From: Camelus dromedarius
Lineage: Eukaryota
Direction of reading: 5' to 3'
DNA: 64,000 nucleotides
Assembly (NCBI RefSeq): GCF_036321535.1
Contig: NC_087436.1
Coordinates: 104,720,001-104,784,000 of the forward strand
Part shown: one piece after another, positions 9,871 through 22,769 of the stretch
Layout of the letters: every line of letters begins with the position of its first letter
Numbering within the stretch: the first letter of the stretch is position 1
The notes under the pieces: generated by a model
Told to the model about the DNA's origin: nothing
Database searches by the model: none
Seen by the model: only the letters and a program-made list of their open reading frames with translations
Translations under genes and position numbers: made by a program

Positions 9871-11819
9871 ATACACACATGCACACACACACCTTTCAAA
9901 ATGCTGTGGGAAATTAAAGTTCTGCATCTTCCAAGTGGACTAGCATTCATGTTTTTGTTTCAGGAGGTGATCTTCTCAAAAGGAAGATATTTTTCCTGGT
10001 GAATTTCAGTTTCAGCTAACAGTGGCAGGGAAGTCTAGAAGACCATCCACTTTAGCCCTGAGTCCTATGAGAAAAATGACCTCTGTCCCTCACAGTGTAG
10101 TAAGAGATGAATGAATTCTCTCACCTAACTCATTTTTGACACAAAGAATAAAATAATGTAGTGATTACTGAGTAATTTCTTTGCAGTCCTTGGCTTATTC
10201 TGATGACAAACTCTAGGCATCTTATTCTGTGAGGCCAGGGGACATCTAAGTGCCAAGATTAGTCTAGATCCAAGGCATGTGAAAAACAGCAACAATAAAT
10301 CCCTGCCAAACAAAAACCGAAGTAACCAATGACACATGGACAATTTGGGGGAGCAATTGAAACTGTAAGGCCAATGTTTTTTTTCCATGTCTCATATGCC
10401 ATGAGTAGGTGGGAACTTGGGCCTCTTGTCCCCTCCTGGTGACTATCTAGAAAAGGAACTAATGTTAACTCCCTTTCTCCAAGACTCCAGTTAAGAGTAT
10501 TATCAGGATGGCGTGGAAGATGGCACACAAAGATGGAACAGGGCCTGAGGAATTGGCTAAGTAATCAGAAAGATGAACACATTTTAAAATCATTCATTTT
10601 GAAACTAATGACTATCCTTCTCAAAGGAGTTTCATCAGAGGTTGGTTCAAATGTCACCTCCTCCAGGAAGCCTTCCGTCATGCTTCCATTAGAAAGTATC
10701 ACTCTTTCCTGTTGCTCTTGCAGAAAACTCAAAATGCCTGGTATTAGAAGCAGTTGTAAGAAGAAGAAGAAGGGTTTTACTCACAAAAGTCTCCTTGGGG
10801 AAGACACCAGAATAAATAACTTGGTAAGTCCTTTGTGATGAGGCAAGGGATAAGATCTCAAAGTACATGGTCGAGTAACACAAGATGGTTCCTACCCTGA
10901 ATTCTAAGCTGGGTTGGTCTAATTTTGCAAATAAAAGAAGAAGAAATATTTTGATGTGGAGGAGATGAGAGAGAGAGAGAGAGGGAGCTGTGGTGTCTTG
11001 CATGACAAAGAGGAGCAGCACTTCTGCAAAAGAATCTGGCAAGAGGAGGAAGGGAGCTAGTGAGGCTGGGGGGCTGCTCCAGGGAAGGGGTGGTGGTGGA
11101 TAAAATGCCCCTGGAGGTGAGCAATAGAGGAGGAACTTTGAAGGACAGAAACATCCAGATGGGTTGTTTAAGCTGATGACTGTGATGGGTACCAGGTGCC
11201 CCTTTTTTTGTTTCCCCAGTGAAGCCTCCAGTAAAATTTCCATTGTTCACAAACATGTTTGTCTAGTGTGGAATTCTGAAGGGGAAGGATTTCTGTGTGA
11301 AGGTTGACACAGGCGAAAGCAGCGAAGACACTTTCAGACATCAATCTGAAGCTCATGTTGACTTCTGGGTTCCATTTACCAGCATGCCTCTCCCAGTGGA
11401 TGATAAAAATCCTGGGAGGAAGGGGGAGGGTGCACTTTCACTCATTTGAAAATTTTCACTGAGATGAATGAATAACCTAACCTGCAAAGAAACACCTGCA
11501 ACAAAAATTATGGCCTGCAAGTCAAAGAAACAAAACTGTTGTCAGTGACTTAACTTCTGGGGGTCCATATATATTGGGCCATTATTACCATTACTGCTGG
11601 TCACAAGAGCACTAAGGAAAAGACCAATTGCTGGAGCTGGAGTGCTGGTGGAGCTTTCATTCTATATTTCATTTTTGAATTATACACGGTTACAGTAAGC
11701 AGAGCCCTGTCCTTTGGTTTTCTCTCCCCGACCGACTCTAGACTGGCCTTGAACTAACCTTGAGCAAAGGAATGTTAGCAAAAAGAGGAATGAGAAGTAC
11801 GATGTTGCAGCATCTCAGA

Positions 11820-12095
11820 ACCCCGTGACCGCCACCCTGTGAACCACCTCGGGCTGGCCTGCTTGGTGGTGGGGGCGCAGACACCAGCCAAGCCACCTCC
11901 ATCACCCAGGCAGACATCCAGTCAACTGCTGGACATCTGAGCAGGCCATCCTAGGCCATCCAGCCCCAGCAGAGCCAGTCCAGACCAGAAGAACGCCCAG
12001 CCGTCCCACAGAATTACGAGAAAGCTTAAATGTCATGCTTTCAGCCACTAAATTTCGAGGATGGTTCATTACCCAGTAGAAGATGACTAAGAGAC
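11820..12095 (+). mobile_element. MaLR LTR (MLT1F/G-like) 3' part
   Basis: CCAGCCCCAG.AGAGCC..CAGACCAGAAGAAC.CCCAGC..CACAGAATT..GAG and TTCAGCCACTAAATTT motifs. Confidence 0.65.
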
Positions 12096-12389
12096 CATTA
12101 TCCCATGTTATTCGTTAGGTAATCAAGGCTCAGAGAGACTGAGAAAATTGTCTCAAGTCAAATCTCTAGCTCACTGGTGGGGCTGGGATTTGAACCCAGG
12201 TCAGTCTTATGTCAGCCGCTAGCTCCCTATCCGTGGAGTCCCACCGCCACCTTCACCAGAAGGAGCTTAGTTTCAAGCCCAGTGGAAGAGCTTACTGGCC
12301 AGCACCGGGGAACCCATGATTAGACGGGGCCAGACAGCAGGGCTGACTCGAGGCTGAGGTGCTGGGTGTTGACCAAAAATGCCTGCCTC

Positions 12390-12562
12390 CCAATGGCCTT
12401 CAAACTTGTCTGCACATGAGGATCATTGAGGAGTTTTTACAAATCCTGATGCCCAGGCCACACTCCAGATTAAATAAGTCGGAATCTCTGAGGGTTAGAG
12501 TCAGTATTTTAAAAATACCCTCATTAATTCTAAAGCACAGCCAAGTTTGAGAATCAGTGTCT
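12390..12562. mobile_element. MER5-like hAT-Charlie MITE
   Basis: TTCAAACTT..TGCACAT..GATCA...GATGCCCAGGCC..GAATCTCTG...CAGCCAAGTTTGAGAATCA pattern. Confidence 0.7.
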
Positions 12563-13099
12563 TTAACTCCCCTGAACAGGGAGGGTGGAGGTTGGAGAAA
12601 ACTGGAGCTATATAACCTAGAAATGTCTCCAAGGAAGCGAGGGAGGGGCCTTCTGAGAAAGAGAGACCAGGAATAACAGCATAGTTGGCTCAACAAATGC
12701 ATGACACGCACCAGGCGCGGTGTTAGTTTTCCCTGCCCTCAAGGATCATGGAAGTGACAGTTACATAGATGCGTAATCACAATAGCACTATGACAGATGT
12801 CATGCTTATGTGATCCAGGTCAGAGGAATGGCCAAGAAGAGGAGGTTACTCTTTCAGTTGGGTCCGAGAAATGTGACACTGGCACTGAATCTGAAGGAGT
12901 GGGGAGGAGATCTCTCTTCATTTGTGCTGCCACAAGTTGACTGGGCATTCCAGAGAGACAGGTCAGCCCTGGAAGCTGGGAGGATGCAAAGGGGAATCTA
13001 ACACTGACAGGACAGATCAGAATGGGCAAAGGGGAATACTGGCCCCTAAGAGCCCAACTGAATACAGATCTTATGTATCTCTTAAGAGATCGGGTACCC

Positions 13100-13850
13100 C
13101 CTCCTACACTATTCGTGGGAATGTAGTTTAGTGCAGCCATTATGGAAAACAGTATGGAGATTCCTTTAAAACCTGAAAATAGAATTATGCTATGATTCAG
13201 TAATCCCACTCCTGGGTATATATCCAGAGAAAACTTCAATCCAAAAAAATACATGCACCTCAATTGTTCACAGCAGCACTATTTACAATAGCCAAGATGG
13301 GGAAGCAATCTAAATGTTCATCAGCAGATGACTGGATAAAGAAGTTGTGGTATATTTATACAATGGAATACTACTCAGCCATAAAAAAGAATAAAATAAT
13401 GCCATTTGCAGCAATGTGGATTGACCTCAAAATTGTCATACTAAGTGAAGTAAGCCAGAAAAAAGAAAGAAAAATACCATGTAATATCACTTATATGTGG
13501 AATCTTAAAAAAAAAAAAGAGACATGAATTATTTACAAAACAGAGATAGACTCACAGACATAGAAAACAAACATGATTACTGGGGGGAGAGAAGATGGGA
13601 AGGAATAAATTGGGAGTTTGGGATTATTAGATACAAACTACTATATATAAAACCAGATAAACAACAGAGTCCTACAGTATAGCTCAGGGAACTATATTTA
13701 AAACCTTGTAGTGGCTTATAATGAAAAAGAATATGAAAAGAAATACATATATACGTATAAATTATTCACTAGCTGTACACCAGAAATTAACACAACACTG
13801 TAAATCGACTATGCTTTAATTAAAAATAAATAAATAACATTTAAAAAAAA
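13100..13850 (+). mobile_element. L1 3' segment (ORF2 C-terminus remnant, 3' UTR, A-tail)
   Basis: ORF 13264-13527 reads MFTAALFTIAK...WIKKLWYIYTMEYYSAIKKN (L1 ORF2 C-terminus), followed by L1 3' UTR and an A-rich tail. Confidence 0.95.
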
Positions 13851-14014
13851 TTGAGTCTCCAAGCTTCCGGCAGGGCTGGGCCTTGCTGGTGGGGGTTAGG
13901 TGGCCCCAGCGGAGAGTCAGCTGATCATTGTCACAAGGGCGCTCTTTGGATCCCTGTTTCTGAAAATTCCAAGTCCTGACTCCAGAGCAGTAACTGCAGA
14001 GCCTTCTGGCACTT

Positions 14015-14155
14015 TCTTTCTCAATGTGGCACCATGCTGAGGCAGCATCAGCACCACCTGGGGGCTTCCTAGGAATGCAGAATCTTGGGATTCACCCAGC
14101 TGAATCGCGTTTTAACAAGAGCCCTGAGCATTAAAGTTTAAGAAACACTGTTCTA
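14015..14155. mobile_element. MER5A-like MITE
   Basis: CAGCATCAGCACCACCTGGG..CTT..AG.AATGCAGAATCT and TAAAGTTTAAGAAACACTG motifs. Confidence 0.7.
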
Positions 14156-16344
14156 GTGCCTTCTAGCCCCCAGCGGGATGAACATATTCCCAGCCAAAAA
14201 CCAGAGCACCCCTCGCATGTTGAGCCAAGCCAGCCCTGGTTGGGGGGTAGCAGCCAGCAGGAGTTGTCAGTCAGACCATGGCAGGGACGTGTTAGAGGAT
14301 ATAAAGATGTATCTGGAGCCAAGCTCAGGGTCAAGAGCAGGGGACTTGCATCAGGAACAAGGATGCTCTGAGGTCAAGAGTAGAGCTCCTGGCCCCTCCC
14401 TGATCCCATCCTTGTATCTGTTTACTAAATAATGTTTGCAAACCATGAACGTTGGTAGAGTCAGCAAACTGCAACTACGGATCTGCCTTCAGCCACCTTT
14501 CCTTCTCTTTCATTGTCAGATCCAAGGATTTATGGGTTTAAAGACAAGGCTGAGTTGCTCTGCCAGGTCTCAGGTGGTCAAAGGGTCCCAGAAGGTCCAC
14601 GTCCACCCCTACATGAGCCTCATGATGCTCAGCTGAGAGCCAGCCGAGAGCAGATCCATTGCTCGCTAAGGCAGACTGAGGTCCCTGGGGACATGCTGAT
14701 GGTCCTGCCGACTAATGACTTCCCTGCTCTTTGCTTCCAAGTCCCCAGCAAGCTGCATTCCTGATTGGAGATGTCAGGGGGACCTCATGTGAACTGCCAG
14801 CCACCAAGTAACTGGCTTCTGAGGTTGGAGGAAATCGCTGGGAGGCTGCTTCACCTTCCAGCCTGGAACCGGGTCAAGTGCAGTCCCGTTGCTCACTCGC
14901 AGTCCACCCGCTTGGCTCTAGTACAGCTTTGGCAAACCTTGCTCCTGGCAGGCTGGCCTCACAAGAACCCTGTCATTTCTGAGCGTGTGTCAGGATGTGC
15001 GGTGAGAGAATGCCATATTTTGCCAAAGGGAAAGCCAAGGCCAGGGGAAAATAGCCCTGCACGAGGAGGGGAAAGAGATCCAGTCCACAGCAGGCCTGAG
15101 AGGGTTGGGGGTCAGAATTTCTAGACCTTAAAATGATCCTTGTGAGGCACCTGGAGGTGTCAATTCTGAGGATCATGGGAGGGACTGTGGGGTCAGTAGT
15201 GGCCTCTAAAGCCATCCGCAAACATTTGGCTCAGCAGTAAAACCTGATTGATAATTTAGCCCAGCACCACCTCCTCCAGGAAGGCCTCTTTGGTTCCCTC
15301 TACCAGCTTCTTTGTTGGTGGCTGCTCCTGAGACCCCTAGTCTAAGAGGGGACGATTCTCTGCTAAATTTGCCCCACCACTAAATTCTTCCTGTAAGGTT
15401 TTGTTGAGGTTTAGGACCATGGGATCACAGACCAGAGAGGGCTTTATGACGACTGCTTGAGCTCAGCGTCTCTACCTCCCTGACAGAACTACAGGCAACA
15501 TGGGACCATGGCACTCCTGTTCCCAAAATGGTGCTAGTGACCATGAACTTCCCCAAGAACAACACTTCCCCGGTGTCTTCTTCCATCACAGTACAAGTCC
15601 AACTGCCCTTTGGCCCTAGGAGAAGAGGAAAGTTTCCTGCTCTCTAGACTAAGACCCTGTCATTTTCCTGACCCCAAATGATTGGTAATAGAAGTATCTC
15701 TTGCCTTTAAGAGAAAGCTTGTTGATCAGTTAATCCATTGACCAATTGATCTATTGCTTGGAAAAGAAATCTTGTCCCCCGCCTCATATAAGACACATTC
15801 AAGTTCATTTTCAAATGCACTGGGTTTTTCTGTCTTAAATGATACCACCTGGTAGCCTGACTGTTCTGGCCTGGACCAGGTCTTGGTCATAGTTTTACCT
15901 CTGGCATTAAGAGCAGAGAAGATCGGGCTTTCTGTCCTCCAGCCACAGCTACCTTCTCCATCTCCTGTGACCAAAGGTAGGACAAGGGAACACACAGCTC
16001 CCAAAGACAAGAAATACTTTTCAGTTGTGACGCTGCATAAACATGGACTGAGGAAGAAAAAGTTTCTCTAAACAGCAAAGACACAAAGCTGGGAGCACAA
16101 TATTGTTATTGTAAAATAAATAGAACACTTTTCAGTCTGTATTTCCCCTACGTCAGGCTCTTGGGGATCCTTGTACCCTGCCCCAGTGGTAGGTTAGCAC
16201 TGGCATTAGAACTAAGAGTTCCTTCCAAGTGGTCCCTCTCAAAAGGAATGGGGAACAGGTCCCACCAACAAAGCGTTTCCTCTAGCCTACAACTAACTAC
16301 AACCTGGCAGATCTCCTGGCTTCAATAATCTAACACCCATTGGT

Positions 16345-16560
16345 AATTGTTACAAATATGTAACAAATAGTTACTCTGTGCCAAGCATGGACTTGAGGGC
16401 TTTGTGTGTAAGACCTTTAATTCTCACAGAAATCTTGGGAAGTGGTTCCTATTGTTATTTTCAATTAACAGATGAGGAAACTGGGGTTCAGAGAGGTTAA
16501 ATATATTGTCCAAAGTCCCATAATGAGTGGCTGAGGCAAGATTCAAACCCTTGGCAGACC
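16345..16560 (-). mobile_element. MIR SINE
   Basis: MIR core ACAGATGAGGAAACTGGGGTTCAGAGAGGTTAA...TGTCCAAAGTC..GATTCAAACCC. Similar MIRs occur at ~12095-12220, 24850-25070, 27165-27360, 34990-35200, 50130-50345 and 56150-56380. Confidence 0.75.
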
Positions 16561-18525
16561 CCAAGCCCATTCTCTCAGCCCCAAAATGGGGCAACATCAC
16601 GACGTGTGGGAGAAACTCACACCCTGGAATTTCTGGGCTCACATACATTTCAAGTATCCTGTGCTTTGTTCTCATAAAAACACTTGAACTTGTCAGCTAT
16701 GTCTTGATCTGTGTTTTGGCAATATGATCCCTCTAACTCTGTTTTCCAAACCTGCCTCAACAAAAGCCTGTATCCTGGTGCTTTTGAAAATACAGGTCCC
16801 AGCATCTTACCCCAAATCTATGAAGTCAGAATCTCCAGCAGACAAGTCAGGGCACTTGTATTTCTAAAACAAATCCCCAAAGTGATGCTTAGATCAAGTA
16901 AACATAAGAAACTGTCTCCAAACTACACCTAGTCCTGCCAGATGCCGAGAGGGAGGGAGGGAAATAAAAGATGGCTAAGTGATGGTCCTTACCATCAGGA
17001 AGCATGTCATCCAGCCAGGAGCCCATTAGGAGACTCAGAAAGAATCATGGGAGGGCTGCATGGAAGAGGTGGAACTTAAAGTGGGCTCTATGGGACTGAG
17101 GGTGGGAGAAAGAAGAAAGAAAGTTATTCTAGACAGGAAGAGCATCAAGTACAGAAGCTGTGAGAAGAGAATGAGTTTGGCATTTTTATGAGGCAGGGAG
17201 TGGGTCAGCCCACAAGCCTTGGGGTGTAGAGAGAGGATGTGCAGGAAGAAAGTTAGCCTAAGCAGGGCAGTTTCTGGCAAAAGGTTAGTTAACATATGGG
17301 TAGCACTAGGGAACCATGGCAGGCTCTGGAGTGAGTGCTTGCATGATAAAAGGGGTGATGAAATAAAACGGAGACCCCTGCTCCCCAGGCCCTTGAGCTG
17401 TGATAGCAGATGAGAAGTAACACCTCTAGCTCCAGTGGTGCCTTAAATCTGGGGGTCCCTGAGGCCTCACAGAGAGCTTTTTCAGCAGGACTCCTGAGCC
17501 TGCAAGAACTGTCTTCAAGTGAGGTGTCAGGCTGAGATGGAGGCATTTGGGGAATGGGGTGGTGAGGCTGCACACACCTGTCACCAAGATGGAGAGGTGA
17601 GGAAGGAGAGAGTGCTGACATGTATATATCAATACAGGGAGAGGCTCCAGGCAAAGCCAGCCAGCACTGGAAATTCAGCATAAGCTACCTTAAGCAGTTT
17701 GCTGTGCCTCTAAATCATCTTACCATGAAAGCCTGATCAATAGTATGGAAAGAAAAAAGTGCCAAAGAGAGAGGCTTATGCTGAAAGAAACCAGGAGCCT
17801 GGCCTGATTGCCCTGACACAGACATGAGCCCAAGCTTGCTGTGGAAGAGGTGGGACATTCAGAGGAACCAGCTCCACTGGTTGTCATGAGCTATGTGCCA
17901 AATGAGTCGTCCTGAAAATTAGAGGCTGAGTTGTTCAAGACCCTTGGTTTAAGTGACGGGAACCCAAATTCAATGTAGTTTCAGCAAAAGCGAGATTTAC
18001 TGGCTCAAGCACTAGACTCCTTTGGTCATTGGCTTCGGGCATGGCCGAATCCAGAGCACTCTTGTCATGTAATCAGGACTCTCTCTGGGCAGTTCTCAGC
18101 TTTGTTTCCCTCCATGTGGCCTCATTCTCTGCCACTGTTTTTCCATGTTATAGAAAAGGGCATGCCTGCCAGCTCCAGCCAAGGTCCTTTAGAAAGAAGG
18201 GAGATACTTCCTGTCCCAAGCCCATTCTGGTCCCTGGTCCATCCCTGGGTCAGTCCCTGTGGCCCATGAGTTTTATGTTCATTCATGTGTGGCCAAGTCC
18301 TGGCCCTTGATTGACAGCCCATCAGAATCCCAGAGTTCTGGGACGAAGGAAAGTCCCCAAAAGGAAAAAAATGTGGGGCAGAAAAAAAAAAAAAAAGAAT
18401 CAGATATTCATGACAGTGCTATAGGAGTTCAGAGTCTAGAAAGGACGGTCCTGAGAGGCTTCCTCAGGGAGCAAAGGCACTGGGAGAAGACAATGAGGCG
18501 TCAGGCAGAGGGCTAACCATATGAC

Positions 18526-18932
18526 AATACCATATGATATCACTTATACGTGGAATCTGAAAAAAAAAAAAAAAAAGACGAACATTTGCAAAGGGGAAAC
18601 AGACTCTCAGACATAGAGAACAAACTTGTGGTTGTCAGGGGTGGAAGAGGGTGGAAGGCAGTGGATTGAGAGTTGGAGATTTGCAGATACCAACTGATAT
18701 CTATGTATCTATATATACACACACATATACACATTTATATATTAGATAAACAAGTTTATGTTGTGTGGCACAGAGAACTATATTCAATGTGTTATAGCAA
18801 CTTATGGTGAAAAAGAACATGAAGATGAATATCTGTATGATCATGTACGACTGAAACATTGTGCTGTACACCAAAAATTGACACAACATTGTGAACTGAC
18901 TATACTTCTATATATATACACACACAAAAAAA
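18526..18932 (+). mobile_element. L1 3' end
   Basis: ATACCATATGATATCACTTATACGTGGAATCT..CAGACATAGAGAACAAACTT..TGCTGTACACCA..AATTGACACAACATTGT, same family as 13100-13850 and 52015-52533. Confidence 0.9.
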
Positions 18933-19175
18933 TTAATTGTTTGAGACCTTGTGTTCAGACAGCAGTTATGTCATGTTAACGTTCTTGGTTAGTACCAGGA
19001 CTTGCTGTTTATCTGTTTACCTTTTTTTTATCCTCCTTCTCCACTCTAAGGGCACCTGCCATATGTTTCATAGATATCCTTGAATATTATCCATGGGAAA
19101 AAATATATATTCTTAGACATATATACACATATGAATGTGTATATATACATGCATTTGTATAGGAGTGTACTTTAA

Positions 19176-19201
19176 ACACACACACACACACACACACACA
19201 C
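19176..19201 (+). repeat. (AC)13 microsatellite
   Basis: Read directly from the sequence. Confidence 0.95.
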
Positions 19202-19651
19202 CCCTACTTCAGCACTAACAGTGTGAGTTAGAAATCCAAAGCCCAAGGAAAATAGACAAAGAAAATTTCACATTGCTTTGGGGGCAGAACTCGGCTTCCA
19301 TCCCAGACATCTTGATTCACAGGCCAGTCCTTTCACCAGAGCATACATATATTTTAAATTCGCATAAATTGTTTATTAGCCAGGATCTAGCAAGAAAATC
19401 AGAAACCACTCTAGGTCTTTCGAACAGAGAGAATTTAATATAGGGGATTGGTTAGACCAAGGATGGGAGAAAAGAGAAGAGAAGTACGATGATGAAATTA
19501 CCCACCACAGGAAACCACCCCTACCCCCACCCCCAGAGCTGTCAGAACAAGGGGAAGAGTGATGCCATCAGAGCCCAGAGCTAGGGCTTATGAATGGGGC
19601 TCCTAACTGGGGACTGCCTGGTGGGATGTGAACAATTGGGAGAAGAACCAC

Positions 19652-20904
19652 TGAAACAGAGCAGGACCCTGTGGGGCCCTCCCTGCTTCAAATCCTTTCT
19701 GTAACCACCACCCCCTACCTTTCCTTTTTGTTAAAAAAAAAAAAATAGGCTTCATTCAGCTTCCTTGACCTTCCTTGAGTTCCAAAGGGCAGATTCAAAC
19801 AGTTGCTAATAAGGGAAAGGAGGGAATACAGAGACAAGGGAGGAACAGCAGGGAGACAATAGTGCAGCCGTGGGGCAGGGTCCTGGCTCCTCCTCAAGGA
19901 ATATACGTAACAATATCTTTGAGTTCTTCTGCTGGAATTGAGGTCTCCACCCACATGGAGGAAGACAACTTCAGCCTGAGCACAAGATTCCTGGAACATC
20001 ATCCTGTCACCTCACCACCAACCACCTGGAAGAAAGTCATACACCCTGCTGCCCTCACCCCAAATTTTGCCTATAAAAACTTTTCCCCTCAAACTGTCAG
20101 GGAGTTCAGGTTTTTTGAACATGAGCCACATGTCCTCACTGTTTGGCCCTGCAGTAAATCATTCTCTGCTCCAGACTCTGAAATTTTGGGTTGTTTGGCC
20201 TTGTTAGAGCAGGCAGATAGCTAGATATGAGCAGAGAAAGGGGGACACAGAACAAATGGCAGGAATTGGGCAGAAAGGAGGGGCACAGGCCAAATGCAGG
20301 ACACCACACATCATGTAAGCAGCAGGGCTCCTTGGGCGGAAAAAGAAAAGCAGGAACCTTAGGGCTGATAAGGGATCATGCCTTTTGGGATGACAAGTGG
20401 CCTGGAGAAGAACAAAGAAAGGTGAGAAAAGGCAGGAATTTCTAGTGTCTGAATGTAACCTTTTGCTCATTATGCCCTCATTTCAATAAAATTAGCCTTG
20501 CAGATCAGAAGTACCTGTCATGCACCGACACCATGACACTTCCGATCCAGACTAAATAAGGACAAAAATCCCTCCTCCCTTTGGGAAGGTGGAGGTGGGA
20601 TGATAATCAGGGAATACGACCCCAAACCCTTCCCTCCCCAATGAATATTCCGCCCATTCATTTTTACACCCTATATAACTAACTTGCCAAAGAAACTCAG
20701 GGCAGCCCCTCACCTGAGCCTGCCCGCTCTCCCCTGAGAGTGTACTATCCATCCTTTAATAAATCCTCACTTTATCTTTTTTTTTAACCTCCAAGTCTTG
20801 TCTCTGAATTCTTTCTGGGACAGGACAAGAACCTGGAACACCAGTTGCATCTATCGGTGACAGCCTCACTGTGCGTCGGGCACATGAACTTTTGTTTGGT
20901 AACA
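19652..20904 (+). mobile_element. ERV1-like solo LTR (host), split by a nested LTR
   Basis: Starts TGAAACAGAGCAGGACCC and ends ...GTTTGGTAACA; TATAAAA at 20072-20078 and AGTAAA at 20153-20158; sequence reads through as GTTTGGCCT|CACTGTGCGTCGGGCAC when the insert is removed. Own TSD not evident. Confidence 0.75.
20202..20862 (+). mobile_element. Young ERV1-like solo LTR nested in another LTR
   Basis: TG...CA termini (TGTTAGAGC...GGTGACA); perfect 4-bp TSD GCCT at 20198-20201 and 20863-20866; TATATAA at 20672-20678; AATAAA at 20758-20763. Confidence 0.9.
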
Positions 20905-21516
20905 GTATCAGGAAGCTCAATGCATGAAGTGGAAAGTCACTTTTTACTCATGGCTGGACTGATTCTATGTGCCTAATACTTGGGTGAGAAGGGTCAGAAT
21001 CCGTTGTCAAAGGGCCACAGGCAGAACCTGAGATGGAGTCAGAGCCAAGAGCATGTGAGAAGTGACTCCAGGTCTGGAAACATCCAAGGGACACTGGGAA
21101 TCTTCGTCAAAGGGCAGGGTTGATGAGTGGGAGAAGCAGGCTCAAAGGACCAAGGTCTTGGCGAGAGGACACATAATTGGCAGCTTTATGTGATGTCTCT
21201 GAGGGATTACTGGAATGCCCCACTGTACCATTGTTAAATGATTGCATTTTGTAATTACAAGTCTTGAGACCTCTCCAACTGGGAGATTTGCACTAATCTG
21301 TGGCTCAGCCAGTGTAGAGTGTGGTTCATTTGGACAATTGCTGGCACCTCCAGGGACGGATGGAGACCATTTATCTATGCATTGTGTCCCAACAGGTCTG
21401 GAGTCAGTGGTAACAACAGCAGATCCATTTTTTTAAAGCACCATTTCTATTCTGATCCTCCTGGATTGAGACTCTTCAATGACAACTATTACCTCCAGGG
21501 AGAAGGCCAAACGCTG

Positions 21517-21847
21517 CATGTGGAATGATCTCCGTGTCCTCTACAGCCCCCTTGAGTTCACATGTTGAAATCCTAAGACCCAAGGGGGTGGGGCCTTTGG
21601 GAGGTGCTTAAGTCATGAGGGCAGAGCTCTCACGAATGGGACCCCACCGAGCTCCCTCACTTCCTCCACCATGTGAGGTTATAATGAGAAGTTAACCTGC
21701 AACCAAGCAGGCCTTTGCCAGAACCTGACTGCGCTGGCACCTTGAGCTTGGAGTCCCATCCTCCGAACTAAGAAATGGGTTTCTGTTGCATGTGAGCCAC
21801 TCAGTCTCAGATAGTTTTATTACAGCAGCCTGAATGGACTAAGACAG
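21517..21847 (+). mobile_element. MaLR LTR (MST/MLT1A-like)
   Basis: TTCACATGTTGAAATCCTAA, GGGGCCTTTGGGAGGTG.TTA, GCTGGCACCTTGA and terminal GGACTAAGACA. Confidence 0.8.
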
Positions 21848-21874
21848 ACTGCAAATAGAAAACAATTTAACAAT

Positions 21875-22318
21875 GCGCATTAGTCTCCTGTGACTACCAT
21901 GACAAACCCGGTGACTGAAAACAACAGAAATGTATTCCTTCACGGTTCCGGAGACCAGAAGGCTGAAATCAGCGTGTCCACAGAGTCGGTTCCTCCTGGA
22001 GACTCTGAGGGAGAATCCATCTCCTGCCTCCCTCCGAGCTCCTGGTGGGAGCTGCTGAGCATTGCTGGCATTGTTTGGCCTGTGGATGGGTCGCTCCAAT
22101 CTCCACTTCCATCTTCTTGTCACCTCCTCCCTATGTCTTCTCTCCTTCTCTCATAGGGATGCTTGTCCTTGGATTTAGGTCCCACCTTAATCCAGGATGA
22201 TCCTATCTCAAGATCCTTAATTAATTCCATCTGCAAAGACCTCTTTTCCAAATGTTACATTCAGAGGTTCTAGGGCAGGGATTTATCTTTTGGGTGGACA
22301 CCGTTCATCTCACTACAT
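21875..22318 (-). mobile_element. MaLR LTR (MLT1C/D-like)
   Basis: AAAACAACAGAAAT.TATT, GGAGACCAGAAGGCTGAAATCA, TTAATCCAGGATGATC..ATCTGCAAAGACC motifs in reverse orientation. Confidence 0.8.
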
Positions 22319-22769
22319 GGTATTTTAAATAAAAAGGACTTTATTCTTTTCATTTAACAAGAAGTCTGGAGGTCTGCAGCTGCCAGCCCTGGTTTATGCC
22401 CTCTCCTCTCTGCAATTCCCTCAGCAGGTAAGATAGCCACCCAGGCTCATGTGTCACATCTGCAGGGGGGTGGCAGCACCAGTCACGTCTACCCCTGTTG
22501 TCACAAACTTTCTCAGGACCCCACCCAGCAGATATCTTTTCTGGAAGAAAGCCTGAGAATATGAGGCTTGAGTTTTTCCTGCCTCTGAGGTGCAGGTGGG
22601 CGAGGCAGCAGAGGATGATGTGTGTGTGTTGGGTTCAGTGTCTATCACAGTAGGGGGACACAGTGACCAGCACGCTGTCCATGCCCTCAGGGAGCTGAGC
22701 AGGATTGTCTTATTTAACCCTCATGATATCCTTGTCTTAAAGTTTATCTGGCAGAGAGAAATGGAACCC

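Noticed and set aside
10689..11243. 184-aa minus-strand ORF (also 51207-51773, 35058-35591 and other ORFs over 150 aa)
   Set aside because: No recognisable domain, low-complexity or repeat-overlapping sequence, and no splice-site framing; consistent with chance ORFs.
13264..13527. 87-aa ORF with clear protein similarity
   Set aside because: It is the C-terminus of L1 ORF2p in a 5'-truncated retrotransposon, not a host gene.
19775..20224. 149-aa ORF in the ERV region as a retroviral protein
   Set aside because: It lies within LTR sequence; no gag/pol/env motifs or primer-binding site follow the LTRs.
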